Shown here: in pieces, positions 19,735 to 29,202 of the stretch
How the letters are laid out: each line of letters opens with the position of its first letter
Position numbering within the stretch: position 1 is the stretch's first letter
Assembly (NCBI GenBank): GCA_016871295.1
Contig: VFZD01000001.1
Location: 19,553 to 83,552, forward strand
Direction: 5' to 3'
DNA from: Actinomycetota bacterium
GTDB lineage: Bacteria > Actinomycetota > Acidimicrobiia > Acidimicrobiales > Ilumatobacteraceae
Length of the DNA: 64,000 bases
Program-made: the position numbers and the translations under genes
Notes under the pieces: model-generated
Seen by the model: only the letters and a program-made list of their open reading frames with translations
The model's database searches: none
Told to the model about the DNA's origin: nothing

Positions 19735-20991
19735 GTGACGCTCGATAGTGACGCTCGCGTCGCGTTGCAAAAGAAAACCCTGAGAACCCTCGTCGCCGGC
19801 CAGGTCGTGGCCGCGGCGGCGCTCTCGGCGGCGGTGACCGTCGGCGCTTTCGTGATTCAAGACATCCTCGGCCAAGACACACCTTGGGGAGGAATCTCGA
19901 GCGCAACCTTCACCCTCGGGTCTGCCTTCATGTCGCAAGTATTGGCTCGCAAGATGAGCGTCAAAGGGCGTCGCGTCGGCCTGCAATACGGTTACAGTCT
20001 GGCGATCTTCGGCGGTCTGACGGCTGGTTTCGCGGTGCACAACAGTTCGTTGCCACTGTTCATTCTGGGATTGTTTTTTTATGGTTCGGGTCAGGCGTCG
20101 AATCTCCTGTCTCGCTACGCGGCGATGGACCTCGCGACCGACGACCAGAAGAGCGAGGCGATGAGTTACATCCTCTTCGGTTCGACCTTTGGGGCGGTGT
20201 TTGGCCCGATCTTGATCAAGCCCGCCGAGTCGCTTGGCGAAAACTGGTTCGGTTGGACGACATACACGGGCCCATGGGTTGCGTCGGCTGTCTTCTTCCT
20301 GTTTGCGCTGCTCAATGTGGCGACGAGGTTGCGACCGGATCCGCTCGAAGTCAGCGGTGGGCTCGTCTCACAGCAGGGTGTCGGCGTCGCAAGACCAAAA
20401 ATCGGCGACGCCTTTCGGACGATTTCGCAAAACACGAACTCGCGGGTGGCGCTCAGTTCGATGGTCATTTCGCAGGTGACGATGGTCGCGGTAATGACGA
20501 TGACGCCCGTACATCTCAAACTGCACGGGCACGAAGATGTGAGCCCCTTCGTAATTTCTCTGCACATCGCCGGGATGTATGCGTTCAGTCCTTTCGTCGG
20601 AAAGTTCACCGACCGTCGCGGCAAATTGATGTCGATCAGTTTGGGAGCGATTCTTTTGACGGCGGCGACCGTGATGGCGGCGCTCGCCGGTGAAGAGGCG
20701 ACATTGTTGTGGCCGTCGTTGTGGCTGTTGGGCATCGGCTGGAGTTTTGGTTTGATCGGTGGCACGAGCTTGTTGGTCGAATCGGTACCCGTGAGTTCGC
20801 GGGTCACCGTTCAAGGCGCCGCCGATCTGATGATGAGTTTTTGCGGTGGGATGGCGGGCTTTTCGAGTGGATTCATTCGCAAGGCGTTCGGCTTTCACAT
20901 GCTCAGCAATTTGGGAACCTTGCTGGCGCTGGCTTTGGTATTTGTCGGGGTGCGCAGGTTGACCACTCTGAAACTGAAGGCGGTGACATGA
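19735..20991 (+). CDS. MFS transporter
   Basis: 418 aa with about 12 predicted hydrophobic helices. MFS-like loop ARKMSVKGRRVGL after TM2 and FTDRRGKLMS in the second half. Confidence 0.8.
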   Translation: MTLDSDARVALQKKTLRTLVAGQVVAAAALSAAVTVGAFVIQDILGQDTPWGGISSATFTLGSAFMSQVLARKMSVKGRRVGLQYGYSLAIFGGLTAGFAVHNSSLPLFILGLFFYGSGQASNLLSRYAAMDLATDDQKSEAMSYILFGSTFGAVFGPILIKPAESLGENWFGWTTYTGPWVASAVFFLFALLNVATRLRPDPLEVSGGLVSQQGVGVARPKIGDAFRTISQNTNSRVALSSMVISQVTMVAVMTMTPVHLKLHGHEDVSPFVISLHIAGMYAFSPFVGKFTDRRGKLMSISLGAILLTAATVMAALAGEEATLLWPSLWLLGIGWSFGLIGGTSLLVESVPVSSRVTVQGAADLMMSFCGGMAGFSSGFIRKAFGFHMLSNLGTLLALALVFVGVRRLTTLKLKAVT

Positions 20992-22319
20992 CCACGACGA
21001 ATCAGTCAAGAACCGAGCCCGGGGTTTTGACGAACTGGTCGAACTGGGCGGGCAATCAACAGGCCCCGGGCGTCTGGTGCATGAAGCCGTCGACCGAGGG
21101 CGAATTGCAATTCATCGTCGAGTCTGCGGTGCGCAACAACCAACGGGTAAAGGCGATCGGCGCCGGGCACAGTTTCACGGGTATCGCCAAACCCGAAGAG
21201 TTGCTGGTCGACTTGTCGTCTTACGCCAAAGTCAGGCGCATCGACAAGGCGAACCTGACCGTCGAGGTCGAGTCCGGGATGCAACTTTGGGCGTTGAACG
21301 AGGTTCTTCACGAGCACGGCTTGGCGATGCAGAATCTCGGCGACATCGCCTATCAGACGATCGCGGGGGCTATTTCGACTTCGACGCATGGCACCGGCGC
21401 AAAGTTCACGGGTATCGCCGGCCAAGTCGTCGGATTGCGCGTGGTGCTCGCCGATTCGAGCGTCGTCGAATGCTCGGCCGGCGAAAACACCGATGTTTTC
21501 AACTGCGCTCGTGTCGGACTCGGGGCGATCGGCCTGCTCAGCACGATCACCCTCAAGGTCGTGCCCGCGTTCAATCTTGCGGTGGTCGAAGAGCCAATGC
21601 GTGTTGATGCTTTGCTCGAAGATCTGAACGCCCACATCGACGGCAACGATCATTTCGAATTTTTTTGGGTGCCGCACACGGGATGGGCGCTGACCAAGAG
21701 GAACCGGCGCACGAACGAGGCGGCGGCGCCGATGAGCGCGTTGTCGCACTGGTATGCAAAAACATTTCTCGAGAACTACGCCTTTGGCGCCGTTTGCCAT
21801 CTGGGTCGGTTGCGGCCGAAGTTGATTCCGAAACTGGCGAGGGCGCTGCCGTCTTCGGGTCGCAGTGAATACTCGAACGCGAGTTACAAAGTTTTTGCCA
21901 GCAAGCGAATCGTCAAGTTTTACGAAATGGAGTACGCGATTCCGCGCGCGGCGTGCGCCGAGGCGCTGAATCGGGTGCGTCGCGCCGTCGAAGATCGCGG
22001 GTTTCTCCTGAATTTTCCGGTCGAAGTGCGGTTCACCGCGCCCGATGATATTCCGCTGAGCACGGCAAGCCGTCGAGACTCGGCATATATCGCCGTGCAC
22101 ATTTTCAAGGGCATGGATTACCTGCCGTATTTCAAAGCCGTAGAAGAGATAATGAACTCTTATCAAGGTCGACCGCACTGGGGCAAGATCCATTTTCAAA
22201 ATGCCGAAAGCCTGACGACCAGGTACCCACAGTTCGAGTATTTCCGTTCGGTTCGCGAGAAGGTCGACCCGAGTCGGGTGTTCGGCAATCAATATCTGCA
22301 AAACGTTTTGGGCAACTGA
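20988..22319 (+). CDS. FAD-linked oxidoreductase, L-gulono-/D-arabinono-1,4-lactone oxidase family
   Basis: The ORF opens at 20709, but ATG 20988 forms an ATGA overlap with the MFS stop. N-terminus NWSNWAGNQ, FAD-binding region VKAIGAGHSFT, and the C-terminal ALO-domain signature GRPHWGKIHF...VDPSRVFGNQYL. Confidence 0.85.
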   Translation: MTTTNQSRTEPGVLTNWSNWAGNQQAPGVWCMKPSTEGELQFIVESAVRNNQRVKAIGAGHSFTGIAKPEELLVDLSSYAKVRRIDKANLTVEVESGMQLWALNEVLHEHGLAMQNLGDIAYQTIAGAISTSTHGTGAKFTGIAGQVVGLRVVLADSSVVECSAGENTDVFNCARVGLGAIGLLSTITLKVVPAFNLAVVEEPMRVDALLEDLNAHIDGNDHFEFFWVPHTGWALTKRNRRTNEAAAPMSALSHWYAKTFLENYAFGAVCHLGRLRPKLIPKLARALPSSGRSEYSNASYKVFASKRIVKFYEMEYAIPRAACAEALNRVRRAVEDRGFLLNFPVEVRFTAPDDIPLSTASRRDSAYIAVHIFKGMDYLPYFKAVEEIMNSYQGRPHWGKIHFQNAESLTTRYPQFEYFRSVREKVDPSRVFGNQYLQNVLGN

Positions 22320-22322
22320 GTC

Positions 22323-23501
<1,179 letters not shown>

Positions 23502-23507
23502 GACCAG

Positions 23508-25778
23508 TTACAGGCAGATGTCTTGTGGTCGAATCGGCACGCGCGGCAGTTCTTTGCCGGTGGCGTCGCGAATCGCCGCGGCGATGGCAGGGGTGACCGA
23601 AATGCACGGAGGTTCACCGATACCTTTCGCGCCGAGCGGCGCCTGGGGCTCGGGCTCTTCGATCATCACGGCCACAACTTTTGGCGCGTCCAAGGCGGTG
23701 GGCAACAGATAATCGGTGAAACTCGGATTGCGCATCTTGCCGTTCTCGAGCACGATCTCTTCCATGATCGCCAAGCCCAGACCTTGGGCGATGCCGCCTT
23801 CGATTTGGCCGAGGGCGGCAACGGGGTTGAGCACGCGACCCACGTCTTGGGCGGTGGCGATCTGAATGACCTTCACCAACCCGAGTTCGACATCGACGTC
23901 GACAACCGCGCGATGCGCGACGAAGGCGAATGCGACGTGGCAGTTGCCCTGACCGTTGGCGTCGAGTTCCTCGGTCGGTCGATGGTGGTGTTCGAAGGTC
24001 TCGTCGATGACGACCCCCGTGGATGCCTCGATGACGCTGATGCGAAAATCGCCGATCATGTCGACGATGTCGGTATCTTCGACGACCAAACGCATCGGGT
24101 CGATGTTGAACTTCGCGCCGACATGCTCGAAAAGTCTCTGCCGAACGAGCCTGCATGCACCGTCGACTGCACCGCCGCTCATCCAAGTTTGTCTCGAGGC
24201 CGAGGTGCTGCCCGCAGACCCGATGCCCGTATCGACCGTGTCGAGAACCACCTCGTCGACACCAAGAATCGTTCGGGCGATTTGTGGGGCGAGCACAACG
24301 AAGCCTTGTCCCACTTCGACGGTCGCGTATTTGAGCGTCGCCACACCATCGCTGAGTTGGCATCGCGCCACGGCGAAGTCGTCGAACGACTCGCTGTACA
24401 TCAAGTTCTTGATCGACACACCCCAGCCGACCCCGCGAACTATGTTTTCAGGCAGTGAGGTGAGCCCCGTTCCGCCCACCAACTCGAGCGGATCTGCGTC
24501 GAGTGCGAGCGGTGCAGGCATGGCGATGGCATCGGTTTCGCGAATGCATCGAGCGACCGGAGCGACGCTTTCGACGACCTGGCCCGTGATCAGTTTGTCG
24601 CCGGTTTGCATCGCGTTGATCAGCCGAATCTCGACGGGCGAGAGGTTGCAAGCCTGGGCGAGTTTGTCCATCTGGCTCTCGTGTGCGTAGCACGCCTGGA
24701 CCACGCCGAAGCCGCGCATCGCCCCGCACGGCGGGTTGTTGGTGCGAACGGCGTAGCCATCTACCGTCGCGTTTGAGCATTTGTAAGGCCCTTGAATGTG
24801 CGTCACGCCGTTGATCAGCACGGCCGAACTGGTCGAGGCGTAAGCCCCACCGTCGAAATACATTTTGGCTTCGATGCGCTGAAGCACACCTGTGCGCGAG
24901 GCGTGATGCCGAATATAGATTTTCGCCGGGTGTCGATGCACATGACCAAAAAATGACTCTTCGCGACCGTATTGCATCTTGATCGGACGAGAAGTGCGCA
25001 AGGCGAGCAGCGCGCAGTGAACCTGCAGGCTGATATCTTCGCGTGCGCCGAATGCGCCACCGACGCCGCTGAGAGTGAGTCGAACCTTTGATTCAGCCAG
25101 ACCCAGACAAGCGGCAATCTGTTTTCGGTCCTCGTGCAACCATTGGGTGGCGACCCACATTTCTACGCCCGTCCCACCCGGGTCGGGCATTGCCAGGGCC
25201 GCCTCGAGCCCGAGAAAGGCCTGGTCTTGCATGCCCACTTCGTAGACACCTTCGACGACCACTTCGCCCTGCAGGTTTTGGTCGCCAGCGATGATTCGTT
25301 GATGACGAATCAAGTTTCCGTCGGGATGTATCGGCTTGGTGCTCGGCGAGAGCGCCAACTCGGCATCGGTCACCGGCTGCAACACTTCGTAGTCGATTTT
25401 GATTGCCGCGAGCGCACGACGACAAGTTTCGGGGTGATCGGCGGCGACAGCGGCGATCGGTTCGCCCATGTAACGAACGAAATCACTGGCAAAGACGGGT
25501 TGATCGCTGGAGATCAAGCCGTAGGTCTTTTTCCCGGGCACATCTTCGGCCGTGATGATCGCCTCGACGCCAGAAATCTTGTAGGCCGCAGACAGATCGA
25601 TGTTGGCTATTCGCGCATATGGGTGTGGGCTGCGAAGAGTCGCACCCCAGAGCATGTTCTCGGCGTGCAAATCCGAGGAGAACTCGAATTGGCCCGTCAC
25701 TTTGGCCATGCCGTCGGGCCTCAGTGCCGAAGTACCGAGAACATCTCGACGAGTGGTTGTCTGGGTGGCTTGACTCAA
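23508..25778 (-). CDS. Xanthine dehydrogenase family protein, molybdopterin-binding (large) subunit
   Basis: 756 aa. GVGGAFGAREDI (XDH-type GGGFGGK-like motif), GAMRGFG, and a catalytic-Glu context GAKGIGEPP near the C-terminus. Third gene of a FAD-FeS-Mo set. Confidence 0.9.
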   Translation of the reverse strand: MSQATQTTTRRDVLGTSALRPDGMAKVTGQFEFSSDLHAENMLWGATLRSPHPYARIANIDLSAAYKISGVEAIITAEDVPGKKTYGLISSDQPVFASDFVRYMGEPIAAVAADHPETCRRALAAIKIDYEVLQPVTDAELALSPSTKPIHPDGNLIRHQRIIAGDQNLQGEVVVEGVYEVGMQDQAFLGLEAALAMPDPGGTGVEMWVATQWLHEDRKQIAACLGLAESKVRLTLSGVGGAFGAREDISLQVHCALLALRTSRPIKMQYGREESFFGHVHRHPAKIYIRHHASRTGVLQRIEAKMYFDGGAYASTSSAVLINGVTHIQGPYKCSNATVDGYAVRTNNPPCGAMRGFGVVQACYAHESQMDKLAQACNLSPVEIRLINAMQTGDKLITGQVVESVAPVARCIRETDAIAMPAPLALDADPLELVGGTGLTSLPENIVRGVGWGVSIKNLMYSESFDDFAVARCQLSDGVATLKYATVEVGQGFVVLAPQIARTILGVDEVVLDTVDTGIGSAGSTSASRQTWMSGGAVDGACRLVRQRLFEHVGAKFNIDPMRLVVEDTDIVDMIGDFRISVIEASTGVVIDETFEHHHRPTEELDANGQGNCHVAFAFVAHRAVVDVDVELGLVKVIQIATAQDVGRVLNPVAALGQIEGGIAQGLGLAIMEEIVLENGKMRNPSFTDYLLPTALDAPKVVAVMIEEPEPQAPLGAKGIGEPPCISVTPAIAAAIRDATGKELPRVPIRPQDICL

Positions 25779-26266
25779 GATTGTGTCGCCTTGCGCGTCG
25801 CGACTGCGGTCGTTACGGCTTCGAAGATTCGCCCATAACCGGTGCAGCGACAGATGTTGCCCGAGATCGCCTCTTTGATTTCAAGTTCGGATGGTTCGGC
25901 GTTCTTGTTGAGCAAATGTTCGATCGCCACGATCAGGCCGGGCGTGCAAAAACCGCACTGCACACCGCCTTCGGTGATGAACGCGTCCTGCACCGCGGTC
26001 AGGCCATATTTCTCGGCCAGACTTTCGACGGTCGTGATCTCCGAATCGATCGCCGTCGCCGCCATCACGAGACACGAGCAGACCGCTTGGCCGTCGATGA
26101 TCACGGTGCAACTTCCGCACTCACCCTGCTCGCATGCACCCTTCGCGCCCGGAAGCCCGAGTCGCTCGCGCAGCACGTAGAGCAGGCTTTCGCCGATCCA
26201 CGCATCTTTGACCTGGTGAAGCTCACCGTTGACGGTCAGACTGTAGATCTCGTTGTCGATGCTCAT
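25775..26266 (-). CDS. (2Fe-2S)-binding small subunit of the molybdenum hydroxylase
   Basis: 163 aa. Cysteine motifs CEQGECGSCTV and CGFCTPG...CRCTGY. 4-nt overlaps with both neighbouring genes. Confidence 0.92.
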   Translation of the reverse strand: MSIDNEIYSLTVNGELHQVKDAWIGESLLYVLRERLGLPGAKGACEQGECGSCTVIIDGQAVCSCLVMAATAIDSEITTVESLAEKYGLTAVQDAFITEGGVQCGFCTPGLIVAIEHLLNKNAEPSELEIKEAISGNICRCTGYGRIFEAVTTAVATRKATQS

Positions 26267-27123
26267 CGGGCACCCGACCTTTGCAGCAGACGACTCGCGA
26301 GAGTCGCCACTGCATGGCGACGATATTCGGCCGTGCCGCGGTGATCATCGATCGGTCGCGCTTCGTTGGCGACCCGTTCGCCGAATTCTTTGGCAAGTTT
26401 CGCCCCGATCATCGCATCTTGCTTTAGGTCGACGTTCGTCGACAACCATTGTTCGGCCTGTCGACAACGAATCACCGTCGGACCGACTGCTCCGAGGGCC
26501 ACTGCAATACTTCCCTTGGTTCGATCGACGACCAAGCAACACGAAGCAACGGAAATCACCATCGCGTTTCGGACGCCGACTTTCGCAAAACCCTGCCAAC
26601 CGCGCACGATCGGCACGGTCGCCGAAACGATGATTTCGCCGGGTTGTTTGGCGTTGCGCTTGACTCCGACCATGAACTCATGAATCGATACATTGCGTGA
26701 CGCATTCGCCGAGCGCAGGTTGATCATCGCATCTAGCGCGCTGAGCACCGGCAGCCCGTCGCCCGCGGGCGAGCAGGTGCCGAGGTTGCCGCCCAAAGAA
26801 CCGGCGGCGCGAATTTGGGGAGACCCGACCGTGCGAGCAGCCTGACCGAGCGCCGGCACGAGTTCGGCGATTTGTCCGGACTCCATTTCTTGATAGGGCA
26901 AACCCGCCCCGATCGAAATTGTTTCGCCGTCAATTTTCACCGCGCGCAGTTCGTGGATCTTGCGCAACGCGATCACGTCAACTGGCTTGCGATGATTGAA
27001 ATTGATTTCGACCATCAGATCGGTGCCACCTTGCAGCAAGAGCGCCGAAGGGTTCGCCGCCATGGCGCGCAGGGCATCGGTCAGCGTTCGGGGCACGACC
27101 ACGCTCACGACTTGCCGTCCCAA
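26263..27123 (-). CDS. FAD-binding (medium, CoxM/XdhB-like) subunit of the molybdenum hydroxylase
   Basis: 286 aa. [27 protein letters not shown], and the C-terminal [12 protein letters not shown] motif. Confidence 0.88.
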   Translation of the reverse strand: MGRQVVSVVVPRTLTDALRAMAANPSALLLQGGTDLMVEINFNHRKPVDVIALRKIHELRAVKIDGETISIGAGLPYQEMESGQIAELVPALGQAARTVGSPQIRAAGSLGGNLGTCSPAGDGLPVLSALDAMINLRSANASRNVSIHEFMVGVKRNAKQPGEIIVSATVPIVRGWQGFAKVGVRNAMVISVASCCLVVDRTKGSIAVALGAVGPTVIRCRQAEQWLSTNVDLKQDAMIGAKLAKEFGERVANEARPIDDHRGTAEYRRHAVATLASRLLQRSGAR

Positions 27124-28130
27124 TTCGAGAACGCGTCGATCATCGCCTTGACATCGCCCAACGGATAGAGGATCGGGCAGGTCGCGCCGTTGTTCAGGTA
27201 ATGAGTCACACGCTGTCGCGCCTCGGCCGGCGTGCCGCTCGCGGTCAGCATCTGCACGATCTCATCGGGCACATGCTTTGAAGCGGCGACGACTTGCTCG
27301 TGGGTCGCCGGCCAGGTGAGCACCGAACCGACTTTATCGAGCAACGACTGCGGAACGCCCGAAGCCTTCATGATGTGCGGCTGTTGACCGAGGTATTGCG
27401 TCACCATTTGTCTGGCCATATCGAGGGCGGTCTTGCGATCTTCATGCACGCTGCACACGACCAACTGCGGTCGATCGATCGACTCGATCGTGCGGCCCGC
27501 TCGCTGCGCGCCGGTTGCGAGCGCTTCGATCGCCCGACGGTTGTATTCGGGGGAGACCAGATAGTTCAAGACGACGCCGTCGGCGATCTCTCCGGTGAGC
27601 TCCATCATTTGCATTCCGGTTGCACCTATATATATCGGCACGTTCTTCGGTCGTCGCGGCTGATAAACATAATCGAGTTCGACTCCGTCGAGATTGACGA
27701 ACTCGCCCTTGAAGGTGACGGTTTCGTTGTTCAACAGCGCGCGCACGGCGGTGACGATCTCGCGCATCGCGCGAAGCGGCTTCGCCCGCGAGATGCCGAC
27801 CTTGGCGGCCAGTGGGTCCCACCACGCGCCGATGCCGAGAATCACCCGACCCGGAGCCAGGTCGTCGAGCGTCGAAAATGTCGCGGCCAATCGTGCAGGA
27901 TTTCGACTCCAGCAATCGACGACGCCCGAGCCGACTTTCAGTCTTTTGGTCACCGAAGCGAACGCCGCCATCGGCACCGTGGCTTCGCGCACAAGTCTGC
28001 TCTCGGCCTGCCAGACGGCTTCAAAACCCTTGGTTTCGGCGTATCGCGCGAACTCCATGCCCTCGGAAATTTTGTGCGCATCCTGCAAATACAACGCCAC
28101 CCGTGCCGCACCGTTGTTCGTCTGTGTCAT
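27105..28130 (-). CDS. Luciferase-like monooxygenase (LLM) family oxidoreductase, Mer/F420-dependent-like
   Basis: 341 aa. [22 protein letters not shown] and [24 protein letters not shown] are typical of LLM/F420-dependent reductases. The cofactor assignment is inference. Confidence 0.78.
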   Translation of the reverse strand: MTQTNNGAARVALYLQDAHKISEGMEFARYAETKGFEAVWQAESRLVREATVPMAAFASVTKRLKVGSGVVDCWSRNPARLAATFSTLDDLAPGRVILGIGAWWDPLAAKVGISRAKPLRAMREIVTAVRALLNNETVTFKGEFVNLDGVELDYVYQPRRPKNVPIYIGATGMQMMELTGEIADGVVLNYLVSPEYNRRAIEALATGAQRAGRTIESIDRPQLVVCSVHEDRKTALDMARQMVTQYLGQQPHIMKASGVPQSLLDKVGSVLTWPATHEQVVAASKHVPDEIVQMLTASGTPAEARQRVTHYLNNGATCPILYPLGDVKAMIDAFSNWDGKS

Positions 28131-29200
28131 CAGTTTTCCAATCTCCTATGGAGGCGAACGGCCTGTTCTTGGGCCTTTGCCCGAATCTGCTCTAGATCGA
28201 CTCGTGTTGGTCGACCGTCTTGCAGGATCTTTTCTCCGTCGACTTCGACGCTCAACGCCCGAATATTCGTCGTGAAGGCGCTGTGCCAGGGGCTGTCGGC
28301 GAAATCGTAGTTGTAGGTGACCTTGTCATGCCGAGCCTCGGGGAAAAAATCGTAGCCATTCGTCAGCCAAGACCAGACCGTCTCGGGGTTCTCGGACACA
28401 TCGAACTCGCGCAATCTGGCGTAGGCGAGACGGGCTTCGTCGTTCATGTCGGCGCCGATGCCGTCTGTGCCCAAGAGAATCTTGTTGGTTCGTTTCGTCG
28501 GCTTGGCGTAGCCGACCGAATTGTTCATGTTCGAGCGCGGATTGTGCACCAGGTAGCCCTTGATGTCGCGATCGAGGTGCACACCGTGAACCAGCAGCCA
28601 ATCATCCTTGGCGAGATTCTCGAGCCGGGCACCGGCCTGAACATCGTTGACACCTTCGGCGACATGAATATGCACGCCAACCGAGTGCTTCGTCGCCAAT
28701 TCGGCGGCGCTTTGCAGTGTCTCGTCGCAACACGTGAACGCCGCGTGCACACCGACCATGCCGCGACCACCTGATGAGAGAAAATCATCGCATTCGGCCA
28801 AACCGCGTGCGGCGCCGTCGGTCATTTGAGAAAGGGGTGAAACCTTCGGGTGCAATCGGTTTTGGTCGTCGAAGCGGTCGGTGACCCCGTAGCAAGCATT
28901 GACACGCACGCCAACCTCGGCACAGGCCGTGGCGATCGTCGACAGAGAACCCTCGATGCAGTTCGGTGATTCATGGTGGTCGATGATGCAAGTGGTGCCG
29001 CTCATCAGCGCCTCGGTCGCGCCAAGTTTCGCCGACCAATAGACCATGTCAAGATCGAGCGCCGCATCGAGTCGCCACCAAATGTTCTGCAGAATCTCGA
29101 GAAACGATTCGGATGATCGTCGCGGCGCGGGCATGCCCCGCGCGAGCGTCGAGTAGAGGTGATGATGCGCGCAAATCCGACCGGCCGTCTGATTCGACAT
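28130..29200 (-). CDS. Amidohydrolase-superfamily protein, SsnA/chlorohydrolase-like, lacking the usual N-terminal ~55 aa
   Basis: The ORF runs up to 29518, but that part is Arg-rich shadow sequence inside the upstream gene. ATG 29200 lies 2 nt after the upstream stop. The HxH motif comes straight after the start ([16 protein letters not shown]), followed by [17 protein letters not shown] and LGTDG metal and active-site motifs. Confidence 0.75.
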   Translation of the reverse strand: MSNQTAGRICAHHHLYSTLARGMPAPRRSSESFLEILQNIWWRLDAALDLDMVYWSAKLGATEALMSGTTCIIDHHESPNCIEGSLSTIATACAEVGVRVNACYGVTDRFDDQNRLHPKVSPLSQMTDGAARGLAECDDFLSSGGRGMVGVHAAFTCCDETLQSAAELATKHSVGVHIHVAEGVNDVQAGARLENLAKDDWLLVHGVHLDRDIKGYLVHNPRSNMNNSVGYAKPTKRTNKILLGTDGIGADMNDEARLAYARLREFDVSENPETVWSWLTNGYDFFPEARHDKVTYNYDFADSPWHSAFTTNIRALSVEVDGEKILQDGRPTRVDLEQIRAKAQEQAVRLHRRLEN

Positions 29201-29202
29201 GG

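Noticed and set aside
19590-19757. The tRNA-Leu as an integration hotspot with a downstream island. Also a T-run (TTATTATTTTTT, about 19712-19723) and a 10-nt direct repeat GTGACGCTCG at 19735-19744 and 19748-19757.
   Set aside because: No integrase, no duplicated tRNA 3' end (att-like repeat) and no compositional break follow the tRNA. The T-run may simply end the secG-tRNA transcript, since only a weak CCG-CAAA-CGG stem precedes it. The 10-mer repeat lies inside the MFS start region and is short enough to be chance.
23508-27123. Calling the FAD-FeS-Mo three-gene set an aerobic CO dehydrogenase (coxMSL), based on its gene order.
   Set aside because: The large subunit shows XDH/aldehyde-oxidase-type motifs (GGAFGAREDI, GIGEPP). 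I did not see the CoxL active-site loop (AYxCSFR or AYRGAGR type). No coxDEFG accessory genes are nearby.
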